In this document: one piece after another, positions 25,593-38,850 of the stretch
Position numbering within the stretch: the stretch's first letter is position 1
How the letters are laid out: every line of letters begins with the position of its first letter
Notes under the pieces: generated by a model
Database searches by the model: none
What the model was told of the DNA's origin: nothing
What the model saw: the letters and a program-made list of their open reading frames with translations, nothing else
Position numbers and translations under genes: made by a program
NCBI GenBank assembly: GCA_000934665.2
Contig: JYFJ02002370.1
Span: forward strand, 1 to 58,159
Length of the DNA: 58,159 nt
Origin: Catajapyx aquilonaris
Lineage: Eukaryota
Direction: 5' to 3'

Positions 25593-26855
25593 CATCTATT
25601 CATTTCGATCGATATGAGGTTTGACGGAGAAGAAGAGGGGCTGGAGAGGTATCAAAAAAGGAAAATCTTGATAAGGCCAACGGGGGCTTTGATTTCCTGG
25701 TGAATGAGCTTCAGCAGATAGATAAGAGTAAATGGCAAACTTACTTGCGGCGCCTATCACTTTCAACCCAGAACTAACTATCCTGTCTATTTCCCCCATC
25801 AATTCATTGGATACATATGGCATTTATCTGCCACACCCGTTACATCTGGACTTTACAATGCAGGAGGTAGAAGAAGCGTTAAAAAAACTTAAAATCCGTA
25901 AAGCTACAGGGCCTGATCTAGTACCAAATGAACTATGGTCTGTTCCATCAACAAATCTAAGGGAAATACTCTTGATGACCTTTAATAAATTTCTAAATGA
26001 GGCGATGATACCAGAAGAATGGGTCCTACTAAATGTCATACCAATTTTTAAGGGAGGAGACCCTCTTGAAGTGACAAATTATCGCCCAATATCTCTCCTG
26101 AATAATGTCGCCAAAATACTCACAGCAATTATGGAGACCAGAATAAGAAAATGGGTAGAAGACTGGAAGATCTTACCGGAATTCCAAGCGGGGTTTCGCC
26201 CAAATAGAAATACTGGGGATCATCTATTTACGTTAAATGTTATCATTCAAAATTACACATCCAAACCGAGAGGCAAACTATATGCAGCTTTTTTGGACCT
26301 TTCGAAAGCTTTTGATAATGTGTCCCACCAGAAACTGTTCGACTCACTGGGTAAGTTACGATTGGGGGGAAGATTAATTTATTACACTAATACGAAAGAT
26401 TTATGAAAATGCTTCAGTTAATGGACAGGGAAGGGAACAAAATATTAAAATTACCAAAGGAGTCCTTCAAGGTGAGCGATTATCCACCATACTATTCAAT
26501 CTGTTTATGGCGGATCTGGCAATGATATGGGGAAAAAATGAAGTACCTGGAGTTAACTTGGGCCCAGGAACAACTGATATCCATTGCTTGCAATTTGCAG
26601 ACGACCTTATTCTGGTAGCTGATCAACAGATATACCTACAGAGATTGATTAACTTAATGGCTGACTATCTGATTGATAAGGGATTAAGTGTTAATCTGAG
26701 TAAGACTAAAGTGGTAATTTTCAGAAAAAAGGGGAGACTTCCACAAAAAGCTAAGTTCCTGTGGCAAAGTAATATACCTATTGAAATCAGTCCACAATAT
26801 AAATATCTGGGGGTTATTTTCTCTTCATCAACATCATTTAGAAAAATGATGGAAG
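25593..26855 (+). mobile_element. Non-LTR retrotransposon (LINE) reverse transcriptase fragment, truncated at both ends, one frameshift
   Basis: KATGPDLVPNE, PIFKGGD..NYRPISLL, FQAGFR, FLDLSKAFDNV, KGVLQGERLS and LQFADDL motifs in ORFs 25732-26406 and 26507-26860. Flanked by a GCAT direct repeat. Confidence 0.95.
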
Positions 26856-26894
26856 CATGATCTTTTCCCTTGTCGGTCAAAAAAGACTGGCTTC

Positions 26895-27470
26895 CTTGGA
26901 GTCTAATTATGGACAGGAGCTGACAGTAGGGCTCGACCCAACTGTTGTCAGCATCGAGATGAATTGCCCTTGACTTAATTTCAACTGACAACCCTCCATT
27001 CTCTGGAGAACGACGCCTATATGTTGGGTAACCATTTTGTCCCGGTGCAAGTCTCATTCACAGACCTCTCTTTTGCCATTCGATGGAGTATATATGACAG
27101 GTGCTGGCTTCTCCTTAGTTAGTAAGTTCATCAGGCTGATGACCTTCAACCTGACGACCCTGCAAACGATGCCATACCTATCGTGAGACTTCTGATTAGG
27201 CATTAGCACATCCGTTATGTCACTCCAGTTTGGATTGCATGTAAATATAATGAAAGGTTCAGGCCAACGATACTTCCTGACATACGTCATGGCGTCTTGT
27301 GTCCTTTCATGCATGTATCTCGGTCCCACGGTGAATGATGATGGAAGGATGACCAGTTGACCAACATTTTGCTCATTACCATCCGCGTTTATGGCGTCCA
27401 TCAAATGAATATAATTTTCCACATGTTCAAACGCTATTGTTCTTGGCAATTATATGGCATGCGAGGGATA
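26895..27470 (-). mobile_element. Helitron Rep/helicase fragment (duplicate of 18390-18965)
   Basis: ORF 27054-27449 carries ILPSSFTVGPRYMHERTQDAMTYV..FTCNPNW and is followed by GYPTYRRR. Confidence 0.93.
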
Positions 27471-30400
27471 CAAGCAAGTAGAAAAGTCGGTCCCTTCATA
27501 TTTATATAAATAATATATAAATATGATATAAATAAATAAATAAAATATGATTTTCTACCAGAAGTTTTTTCTGATTGTTTCGAATGAAAGAGAGGTGTTC
27601 AGTTTCCATTTTTGACGTACATATCGACCCAATATTGGTTAAGAAGTTGCCTAAAGAAATGCAAATGGTTCATCTGATCATTTCTTGCCATGAACCGATA
27701 TGCGTAAAAGTTCATTGTGGAGACTGTTTTTGGGCGGTCGGTAGCCTACTCGGTAAAACTTGCCAGATGTTGTGGTGGGGAAGCTTCTGTTTCTCCAGAA
27801 CCACCCTAGATTCTACCGACTGTTGCTTTGTCTTTTCATCGAAAATGGACTTTCTTGTCTTAGGAGGCAGACCAGTATTTTCTCTTCTTTCTTCTCTTTG
27901 TTTATGTCGCTGTCCTATTCATTTTCTGCTATCCTATTATGGATGGAAGACGCTCTCTGAGGGCTTGTTTCTTTGTTCAGCCAAGTTGCCCCTTTCTTCT
28001 CTGCAGGCTCATCTTTTGGGATAGGGGGACTGCAGCTTAGTCCCCTAGAAAGCTATCTGCAAATAATACTTTCCAGAGTTGTCATTATTTTAATAAACGA
28101 AAACTTGGGCTCCCTCCCGCTTGATATTGCATATTTTTGGCCTATATATCGTCGAATATTATTAAATTGTCACCCACTTCCGTGATGACTAAATAGCTCT
28201 TTTTTCGTGCTAAAGGCGGTTATCTTGCATGGGTGGCGGGCAAGGAGGATATTTAAATATATAACTGAAATCTGATCACAAATGTGAAAGTTGGATTACG
28301 CCTTTAGAAGTAGTTGGTCAGGGACATAAAACCATTTTTAGTGATCAACTAATGTATGGCTTACGTCTTCCATGTTGGACAGGTGAAAATACCACATCCT
28401 GACCCATGTTATTATTGTGTTACTGTTATATTTTGCGCCATGGAACAGTAATGTCTGATCAAAGGTGGTACTACAGTATTTTGTGAGGCATAACGTCGAT
28501 GTCATCCGTTTCATTTTCAATGCTTCACGTGAAGCTTGTACAATATAATGAACCTGAACATGTAGCTGGTTGTACATTTGCTACCAACTTGTCGTGGCAT
28601 CTGGCAGGTCCACATTTGACTCATCAGTCTTCCTCACTCTAGGTCCTGTCGCAGTTGATAATATAGTTTCGGAGTCGTAATCAGGTGATTGTGCAGCATT
28701 ATTTTCGAATTGTCACTGTATTCTTCAGATATTCTGTGAACTTCTGATATGCGCTATAGACATCAGGCAAATGTTCGTTTCTATATCCAGTCAGTCGAAC
28801 CCAACCCATAGTCCATCTTCCATTTTCGGCTTTTGTTCACTTTCGTTATTTGTCCTCACTTGTAGTCATTTGTGATTCTAACGGTATTTTTGCTCAATAA
28901 GAAAACCATTTGAACCATAATCCTAGTACGGTTTTCTTGTAAGCTAATCCTGATCACTCTCAGCTTAGCCCTTCTGGGGTCTGCTTCATTTTCTCCTTGT
29001 GACATGCTGTGGTGAACCATATTTGATAAGTAACTTCAAGTTGTAATTTTTAATTTAGGGAGCTATTAAATCAAGATGGTGTCATTCCATTTCATGCGTG
29101 GAATGCCCGTCATATTCTCCCATGCCAATTATGGTGAAATTGGGTGCACATGTATGTGCAATTGATGAATGTCACTGCATTGAATTTTATGCTCATTAAA
29201 CGTTCTCTTCATGAAGTCATCACACTCACAGGTTCAGGAGTGGCATCAACTAAGAGTATGCGCAGTTAATTATGTAAATCTCCTGGATTTTTTGACTGCC
29301 GGGAAAAGAGCTACAGTCGGATCCAAACATCACCATGTCAGTTTATAGTAGGGGATCATCTGTCTCATAAAGGAGATGAGATCTTTTAGTCGTCGGGGGT
29401 TATCCTCAACATGGTTCATATGATACTGGAGCAGTAAATGCCTTTTAAATTCAGGTGAAAGTACTACAATGACACCCTTCCTATTATGTTCATATTTATC
29501 TGTTATCATAGAGCTGGCCTCATGCGGGATTCCTATTTTCCTTTGTCATCAAGTACTGAGTCAGATTAGAACATGATGAGACTTTCCGTACCTATAGGCA
29601 AGTTATGTCCTGTTCAGACAAATATTGGTTTCCAAAGGACAAGGGGCAACAAAAACATGGGGTATGCTGCTGTAGGTTAGTCAACCAGCTGTGTGCTAAC
29701 TACACTATCCGTTAGACCCATCGACTGTTGCAATGTCAGGAAAATATGTGGCATGGACGAAGATCATTATTTTGGGGAAGGTAATTTCTAATGGGATCTG
29801 GGACTTTGTGTAGTAATTAGTAATGAAATGACAGTAATGTTGATCGATGCATTCCTTACGGCTCTCTATAGAGTTCGTAATGGAGATCATAGTTTGTTTC
29901 ATGCGAAAGCCAGATGGCTCGACTATCACAAAATAACTAGATATTGAATATTTCCCTTTCTAACTCCTTCGTCTGATCCAGGAAGGTGCATTGGCCAACA
30001 GCTTTTTGCGGCATCTCCCTATAGCGAGACTGACTTATTCTGACGTGTATAGCTTTTTATTCTGAGGAATGTGATATATGATGAGCCATAGTTTCCGATG
30101 TCCACACTAATAAAAGAGGCGGGGTCGCTTGGTGCCTTTGAGCCTCAGCTTTAGCTTTAGCCTACGTTTGTTGAGCACCCAGACCACGGAGTTGACTATA
30201 AACCTCCTGATTTGCCAGTCCTCTGTAATAAGTGTATACATAATTATATAGTACGCCTCCCTGCTGCACACTTACCAGTGCCTATTTAATGGTATTTTCG
30301 TGCCTGAAAATTTAGACTGTAATTATTCAAAGGCGACTGTCCCGCCCTCTGCTCACGGGTAGTCCAACTATGAGGTTCGGGTTCTGGCCGCATGAGGCGT

Positions 30401-30799
30401 CGGGCGCTGCTTCCCTCTCTACAGCCTCGCTGGTGACGACGGAGTTCGGGTGGGGGCTGCTGTGACTCGGACCAGGGGCTGTCCCGGGGCCAACTCCGGG
30501 CTAGGAAGGTGAGCGAAGGCTTCAGCGGTTGGGGGGCGGCCCGTGGAGGCCATCTATTCACCAACATTGGTCAAGGGGGGAGGGAGAACCGGCGGCCCAC
30601 TCTTGCCCCCTGGAATGTTCCTTTTTTCAGGTAAATCCAGGCAGGTTTTTGGTTGGAATTTTTGTTTCACCACAAGTGCAGGGTAAAAGGCAAGTCAGTG
30701 CAGAGCCGCACTGTACAGAGAGCGTACCATATCTCGTTGCTGGTGCGAATCATTCATGCTGCGCAATGGTTGAGTTCGTAAATAATTAATGTGTACGTA

Positions 30800-31500
30800 G
30801 CAATTGATTTACTGCCGTCCACATCTTTAAGGTGGATTCACATGTCCGCGATCCCTTGCCTTGCGACGGATTTGGCCGGCGACCGAGTGGTCACATGTCC
30901 ACAATGTGATGCGACTGCGTTCGCTCTCTGTAAGCTATTTGTTGCCCGTTGCGCAGGTCTGCTAGATCCAGATACCGCTGATGGCGGCACGGGATCGCAG
31001 GTCACATCCTTGCCGTATTGGCCAGTAGAACCACAGCCCGGATTCAATTTCAAACCTCGCCGCTTCACCCGCTAAGGGCGCTGCAGTTGCCTCGCATTAA
31101 AACCTTTAATTATTTTGCTGTTACAAACGTCCATGGAGCTGGCTACTGACTATAGCAGATGGCCGGCTGTAGGTTTGCCCGGGAAATATGCCTTCCAAGC
31201 CTGTACTTTGAGGGATACAGCCGGATCAGCGGAGTGTCCCCCTTTGTTTTTGGGCCATGGGATCGTGCGGAGGGGGATAGGTGAATGCGAGCATGATTCT
31301 GTGCCCCAACCAGCTCTGGAACGGAGCTTCCAGCAGCTGTGCGATCTTATGCCCACGTCGCGACAGGGGTGCGTGGTTGCAGATGCGGTCGCAATCGCGG
31401 ATATGTTCTTCCATATGATCATGTTGAGTGGAATTTCTTGTAATTGAGAGACTTTTTAAAATTGTATGGTAAGCTGTACTAAAGACATGTTTTCTAGCAA
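30800..31500 (-). mobile_element. Degenerate Ty3/Gypsy-type integrase fragment
   Basis: Remnants in integrase order: EEHIRDCDRIC (zinc-finger half), APFQSW, WKAYFPGKPTA, GFNARQLQ..RRGLK and GHVTTRSPA. Confidence 0.4.
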
Positions 31501-32727
31501 TTGACTGCATTATTACATTACAAGTTCTATCAATGTTGGGGATTTTTTACTCGTGTCTTAAAGGATGGCTTCCAGATCAAGTTTGCTGTCGCTCACAATT
31601 TTTAGTGTAGGTCGTTCCGAATAATAGCATATGAAAAATGTAACTCTAATCTAACTCTAATATCTGTTCACTGAGTAATGGAGAATTTGCACAAAATTTT
31701 GCATTTGAAAGGGCCACAGCGTGGTCAAGGTACCTTCCAGAATCTTTAGTTGGACATTTCTGACGATGGTAGATGATGGGCAATTTTCGTGGTCACTTAT
31801 TGTGCACAAAGAGTAGTAAAATAAATGCAGTCTGTGAAAATTACAGAACCAGATCCCTACATGCAAATTTTTACTAATCTGGGGAATTAGTGCTTAAATT
31901 TCGTCATGTACAAAAACATGCCTTGGGAGTGACTGTTGAAATCTAATGCCTGAATCGTTTACAGGTTACCGCAACTAGTTCCACATGCCACGATGTGCTT
32001 GGGGCAAGCAGTACTTCCTGACGCTTCTGCAAAGTGACCTTCAGCTGCGGAGGATGATTGTTACAACCCGACACAGCTCTGATGAAACAAGAGTTTTTGT
32101 GATCAGGTAAATAATCTTGATGAATAATGTTTTTTATTTTCAGTATTATGAACTTCTGCGTACTTGAATGGGGAATTTTAGTATAATTTTTTGTCACTTG
32201 CTGACTTTTGAGTCATCTGGGGTCATTGGATGATTATATTTGCATCTGATATGAGTTGCTGTGATAGATTGATTCAATCATAATGGTTGCTGGATACCAA
32301 CTTTTGATATTTACTGGTTGTGCTCTGCTAGAGAAATATGTACAAGATAGTAATGTCAATCATGGAAGACAAAATATGCTAAGCTCTAAATATGGCAAAG
32401 GGGGAAGAGTAATTTCTTTGACTGTCTGATGCCTGGTTCCACCACCATTTTAACTGCCTGATAAGAGCTATCTGTAGTTTGCTGCCCCTTTAAATGGCAG
32501 GCTATGTTCCTGCAATGTGTAGTGCCCAAGACCAAAGGCTAAGCTGTTTATTAGTGGGGAAACTGAAGCTCAAGTCAATGAGTCGTACCCACTGCACTTG
32601 CATGATTCAGCTACTGTTGAAGCATTTAAAGTGACTGTTTAATTTTTAATACGTATTTTAGCTTTGCTTAATATTTGTGGTAGATATTTGGGATGGTTGT
32701 GCGAATCACTGGCCTGCTTTTAATGTA

Positions 32728-32903
32728 CGGTAAAACATCGATACAACGCTATTCAGGGTACTGCCCAAAATTGAGCATTATAATTGGGATGGTGTTATAT
32801 GCGGGAAAATTTATGTCATGGAAATGATCAGGGGACTGGAAAAAACTGGCGTTAAAAGTGGGAAAGTGTCATATGCAGAAAGCGTTATATCCAGGTTTTA
32901 CTG
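32728..32903. mobile_element. pogo/Tigger-like MITE
   Basis: TA|CGGTAAAACATCGATACAACGCT ... AGCGTTATATCCAGGTTTTACTG|TA: imperfect TIR and TA TSD. Confidence 0.75.
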
Positions 32904-33022
32904 TATTTGTTTTCTGTAACATCTTACTGTATTTAATGCAGATTTGTATATAACAGGAACAATTCCTTTAGTATGTCACTGGAATCTAATGGACATGGTG
33001 TGGGGCGATTGAAACAATAATA

Positions 33023-33410
33023 CAGGGTGGACAAACTACAAGTGTCGTTTTATAACGTGCGGCTATTAATAGAAGTGCTTTACGATTGACGTAGCAGCAA
33101 CGTGTAAAATGGCCCACTTCGGCGCCATCGAAAATATTAGATTCCAATAGCAGCACACATGTAATGCATTACAGGTCCATCTGGTGCCTTGGGCGTCACC
33201 CATTTCACCCAGGCGCATCTCAGGTCATATGTGCACCTACTTTTTTCCAGGTCAACCCAGCAGCAGGGTTGATTACACGTGAGCTGCTATTGGAAGCTAA
33301 TATTTTCGATGGCGCCAAAGTGGGACATTTTACACGTCGCTGCTACATCATCGCAAAATCACTGCTATTAATCACAGTTATAAAACGACACTTGAAGTTG
33401 GTCCACCTTG
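33023..33410. mobile_element. Tc1/mariner MITE with long TIRs
   Basis: TA|CAGGGTGGACAAACTACAAGTGTCGTTTTATAAC ... GTTATAAAACGACACTTGAAGTTGGTCCACCTTG|TA. Inverted similarity extends about 125 bp. Confidence 0.88.
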
Positions 33411-34884
33411 TATATGCATGAAAGAGCTGTTCAATTTAAGTGGTCAAAATCAGATTTTCTTGGTGCACTGTGGTGTTAAGAGTTTCAAACTGTCGTCCAC
33501 TGTTGCCATATTGCAAGGTTGGATTATGAGCACTGAATTTTACAAAATGTGGCAACATCTCCTCCCCAAAAGTTAAACCAGTGGAACTATTTTCAGTGAT
33601 ATTTAGTCTAATAATTTTCATGCCAGTTATTGCCTAGTTAGGGGAGGCAGGCCGGACACAGCTTCCTGGGTTGTTGTTGGATCGTTGTCATGTACAATCT
33701 GGATGGTGTTTATGGAGGATGGGCCTAATATGGTTTGATAATAGTGAAGCACAGTTATTGCCTAATTAGATCCCCCAACTGAGAAATGTGGATTGGAAAG
33801 ATCTGGCTGCATTGAAACTTGTTGCTCTGCTGCTTAGTTGGTGGCGACAACTATGACGTCACGAGAGACGTGAAGAATTCTTGTCAGATTCCTAAACCCT
33901 GTGGGCGCCAAGGCATCGCGATGTACCCCCAAATGGTTCAAAAACTTTGCCAGGTTTTAGCGGAACTCCTGTATAAAGCGTAGAGGATTGCAATTTGCAC
34001 CATTTTCACGAGCATTTCGAGCAGAACTTGCCCTAAAAAATAGTCTTCTCGATGACTAATCCGACATTTTGAAAGGAGGGGTGGATTCGGATCATGGCAC
34101 CCAGAACCAATTTTGAAAGTGGAGATTTTATGAAATCTAATTCAGTTGTAGGACTTTCACAATTAATGGGTTAGTAAATTGACCAATATTTTGCATTAAA
34201 CATATTTTTTGCAATACCCGTAGGAACTCCATGGTTTATTCCGTCGTTTATTCTGTCAGTAGCCCTTTATGGTGTTAGATCGCAAGACGTCCGTGATTGG
34301 GGTGGGAAAGATGATTAGTGGTGTACTTATATTCATTGCAATGACAAATGTTAATGGAAAATGAATTTAAAATTATTCCCATGTGGCTGCCTCCTGGTAT
34401 CTTATTGCCATATTGTTAGAATTTTGCAACAGTAACTTGAATGGACTCTGTAAAATGTAATGTAACTGACGCAACATGAAAAAGACGAGCTCTTTGAGGG
34501 ATGCTGTAGTGACATGAAACCTTGTGAGCTGAATGTGTTTAGAAGTAAAACTGATATGTAATCTTCTCTTCAGGAGCAATTTTGTGATTATTTTAGACCA
34601 CGCCTATTCATGTTCAGGTTTTCAGGAGAAATTAGGATTAACATTTGTTGCGTCAGTTGCGACTATAATATCTTGATTATTCCATGGCTCTACCGCTACC
34701 TGATAGCAGAATGCTGCTATGCCTACTTCATGTGACATAATGACATAATGATCTGCTTTCATTCAGCCATCTCCACCTCGCAATAAGCGACTTCATTTTT
34801 GGATCATGTCTCTGTTGCCGTGGAATTACCCTGCTCCGCCTTTATTATGCTTCAGATGTACAAGCTGGTACAAAGTGGTCCTTT

Positions 34885-35138
34885 TCCGTAACCTGGTATC
34901 GCGAGTGAGGGGGGGGAATGAATGGGAGGGGATGTGCAATGTGCAGTGCTATGTCTATAACGTGGTACATTTTGTGAACTCCCCTGGGTGCTTAGTCTCA
35001 GGAATCCCGCCCGAAATGAAGCCAGAGACGACCCAACTCTGCACGAGATGAAGGGGGGAATGCCCGGGCTTGGTATCGAACCTGGGACCCTTATTATATC
35101 CGAGGAAGCGTACGTTACCGGAGCACCACCCCGCCTCC
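34885..35138 (-). mobile_element. tRNA-derived SINE (Pol III A/B boxes)
   Basis: Minus-strand head GGAGGCGGGGTGGTGCTCCGGTAACG...CCCAGGTTCGATACCAAGCCCGGGCA has an A-box-like and a B-box (GGTTCGATACC) element, followed by a non-tRNA body. The 3' end is approximate. Confidence 0.65.
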
Positions 35139-36918
35139 TTTGGGATTCCTCCAGTTAATTGCACTTTTAAAAACACATTAAATGGTGACCTTGGGGTGTC
35201 TGAAGTGTTACGCGGCATTCTAAAACACTGATTGCATAATTATGTGTTATTGTTCCTGTGACACTTGTAAAATGTATTGTATTTGCAGCATCTTGTAATT
35301 TAGCATGACTTCAATCTATGATGAAAGTAACTTCATAAAGGCCATGCGGTAGACCTTCACCTGGCAAGGTTCAAAAAATTTTGGGGGAAAAATACTGATT
35401 TGATGTTTGATAGGATGCAGATGTGTGACGAATGGGACAACGGATTTTTAAAATATTGTTTTTAGTTTGTATGTATGAGCCGATCCTTTTCTGACACACA
35501 CAATAGATATGGGCCTACCACAGTTTTCTTAATTTTCGGACTTAAAATTAAATTGTCTGTATTCCAGGTGCCCCTTAGGTAATACTTCACTACACTACAT
35601 CCCCCTCACTCGAATTGCCGGTTCATTAGATTCACCTTACATAGGATCCCTCTTCAAGAAATGGGTGTAGTGTAATGCTTATTTGGAAACACACCAGCCA
35701 TTTCATTGATGTGTTCGTGTTCTGTAGCATGTGTTAGCTGTTGCTTTGACAGAAATTCAGGTGCCCGGTGTCAGCCAGTAACAGATTTTTACATGAATTT
35801 TGCCACGGAAGTAACATGGCTTGTGAGTCATTTTCTAGGAGAAAAGGCGGTACTGATGATGAAATATTTTCTGACATTGGGATGCTAGGTGTTGTGTTAG
35901 CCATTATTCTAATGTCCTGAATGTGTGATATAAATTGAGAATTAATGCTCAGTTTCCTTTTTTGCAGATTGGAAAGGGCACATCCACACAGCATCACATC
36001 TGGGTTTTATATGCTTTACCTGTTGACAAGGATTCGGCAAGTAGAAGGCATCCAAACGGAATGCTGGAAGTTTTGCTGCCCTCCTTCGTCCCCTGCGCGG
36101 TGACAGTGTTGGGTCCGGTGGTGCCAACAACTCACCAGTGAGATGGCACTCCTGCCTCGCCCGTCTTTTGTGGCTGGATGTCTCCAAGGACACCGCCGAA
36201 GTCAACAACCCAGAATAGCCTGACCATTTGGCACTCTCTTGTATTCCCCCTGTTCCTCCCCCCATTTCTACAAGTACCTGACCAGATTTTTAAAATAATG
36301 ATTATGTGATGGTAGCGAGGACCTCCTCGTTATTCGCTGGCAAACCCAGTCTTTTGGGAAAAGCTGTGAAGGATGATGATGATGATGATGAAGACTTTAC
36401 ATAACCAACCTTGCCTAGTGAATCACATGCGACTTTATGGACGAAGCCAAAGTTCCTGCGCTTGACTCGTATGGAAGGACCTGATGGACGGCATGAAGAG
36501 GAGGCCTGTGGGAAAGAGGGAAGGGAAGGGCATCAATCCCCCAACCATCAAGAGATCCCTTGCGGGGTACTGGCGGGGACAACGTGAATGTGGCAGTTGG
36601 GAAGAAGACCCATGGGCCTGGTTGCCGCCATCATCTGTGATGACTAGATTCCTGCCTGAATGATGGAACAAATTGCTCAAAGAACGAGTCACATGTGAAA
36701 TTCGCATGGGCTGGTTGGTCATGTTTCCTCTGCACCTGAATCAATTTATGTCTGCATCTTGGAGGTTCTAAGGTCCTGTGCCATTTCAATAGCTATGTCC
36801 ATTTCCATCTGAAAGAGGCAAAAGCCGGACCACCAACTATTTTATTTTTGCAATACTAATAACTGCAGTAAGTGCAACCCTTGCAAATTGCAACATAGTA
36901 GGGTGTCATATTACGCTT

Positions 36919-37252
36919 TCATGTCAGTGTCCCAATTTGACCTTGAAAAGGGGCTTCTGAAATCCGGAACTTCACAAGTTTCAACTGGACGGGATCGTCC
37001 ACCCCCTCCAACTCCTTTGCCACATATTTCCCGTATGCTGCATGTGGCCCATCCTCCCTCTCGCTGTCCCCCACTGCCTTGGTGACGATGTCCACCTTCT
37101 CTAAAATGTTCTTATAAAATGTGGCACGACTTGGTGGCTTCAGGGATGTCGGCTTCTCACTGGTGCTGCACTTTTTTTTGCAGGGTGGTTCCAATGCTGC
37201 ACTATCCTCATATTCCACCTCTCGCACGATGTCATTTCCGGGATCTGTCTGA
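36919..37252 (-). mobile_element. MADF/BESS-type DNA-binding protein C-terminal exon (Harbinger second-ORF-like)
   Basis: DGPHAAYGKYVAKELEGVDDPVQLKLVKFRISEAPF is a BESS-like tail, preceded by the splice acceptor tttcttcctgttcatcag. Confidence 0.55.
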
Positions 37253-37699
37253 TGAACAGGAAGAAAACAATTAAGTCATTATGTAGCTTCATAAATCGGC
37301 ACTGTCAGGATGGAATCTTTGTAATATGATAGCCCTAAATGTCATTTCGGATAATAGCATAAAGGGTTTCTCACAACTGTTTCTGTTACCACCGCAAGTG
37401 ACAGTCATGGTTCTCAAAACAATTGGCATGGCGAGGCCGCTTATGGCATGTTTGTTGCAGTATGGTTTGGCAGTGTGCGCAGCTGCCCCTCTTGTAAGTG
37501 GACAGATTTTTGTGATACCATACACATCACCATAACTAGCAAAAATGAGATATGTGTAAAATATTAACCACGCCCTCGCACCCTCTGCACGCAATGTCTG
37601 GGACAAACGTCACTTACCAGTTGGCTGAGAGCTCCTGTGTGTTGGAGTCAGTGCTTTGGGTGGCCCTTGGGGTGGTGCTATCCCATAAAAATTCCAGAT

Positions 37700-38850
37700 T
37701 GTCATAGCACCATAGCACCTTCACCCGCCCACCTGCGGACCCACTCGCCTGCTTCCAATGGCCAGTGCTTGTGCAAATTTTTATTTAAATTTTTAGAAAT
37801 GGTTAATGGCCCTATTTGTAGAGATTCATAATACCCAATGAAATATATGAGAGGCCCCTTCTCACCAGAAGGCACACATACCATCATTCGGTGCCTCATC
37901 CAGAATGGCAGCATGTTCTGTCCGAGGATGGCCCCAGTATTGGCACCAATGTGCCTTGAACCCCAGTGATAACTGCACCAGGGCCGGGTCACACCAAAAC
38001 CCATCGCATGTGCAACCAGCACTAGTATACCATCTCCTCCGCACCTCCCTCTCTTCACTCGCTTCACGTCTCGGTCCATGCTGGTGCTGCTGAAGCAACC
38101 GCTCACTTTACCAAGCATTTCCATGGGTGACCCGATTTGGATAGGTTGAAGAGGTGCTTTGAACTTGGTACGGGGTGATGCGGGGTAGTACAGATGTTTC
38201 TTAACCTTCACACTGTTGGCCGTAAATGTCCTCACCAAGTACTCGATTCCTCTTGCTGATTGGCCTTGTTTCAGGCTGCCACACGATCTCATCACGAGGT
38301 TCGCCAATGTTCGCAGGCTGGCACTCTGCAGCGAAACGAGATGCTTCACTTTGGCCATTTGGTGACGAATGCTCTTTGGTCGGGGAAACAATTGTGCTTA
38401 TGGAATCAGAGGGCAACCGGTCACTAACACTCAGGGTGTGAGACTCCCAACTAAACCCAGCGAATCTATTGGCAATGTAACGGCACTTCGACCACCCTAT
38501 CCAAATATTGGCTACCAGCCGCTTCCCTCCTCTCCTTCAGATCATGTGAAGTAGCAAGTGCATCCAACAGAACAGCGGCGCAGGCAAATAGTCGACAAGC
38601 TGTGCGATCTTCAACAACTGTATTTCAGTGAAAGGGTAAACCTCTGACAAATTCCTTCTGGGAGGAACAGCCACGTTCCTCTGAGCATAAGTAACCTTTG
38701 CGGAGCACTCACACAGAATATATTTTACGAAGATTCGCAAGGCGGCTGGGGTATCTACTTGTACGAATGGCCTACCACCGACAACTCTCATTCTCTCCCA
38801 CAGTTCTTTGAGGTACGATGGAGTGTGCCTGGATATTTGGAACATCCAGC
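37700..38850 (-). mobile_element. Degenerate LTR retrotransposon (Gypsy-like) RT/RNase H fragment
   Basis: LRTLANLVMRSCGSL..IEYLVRTFTANSVK (cf. xEYLGxxIxxxGxK) followed by GANTGAILGQ (cf. DASxxGxGAxLxQ). Confidence 0.45.

Larger units (their letters stand above)
25133..29890. repeat. Segmental duplication, copy 2
   Basis: Same block matches as listed for 17611-24460. Confidence 0.9.

Noticed and set aside
35061..35138. tRNA gene
   Set aside because: A/B boxes are present but there is no convincing cloverleaf or acceptor stem, and a SINE-like body follows.
35900..36270. piggyBac C-terminal Cys-rich domain
   Set aside because: Only vague RLD..P..C..C spacing; too weak to call without a profile search.
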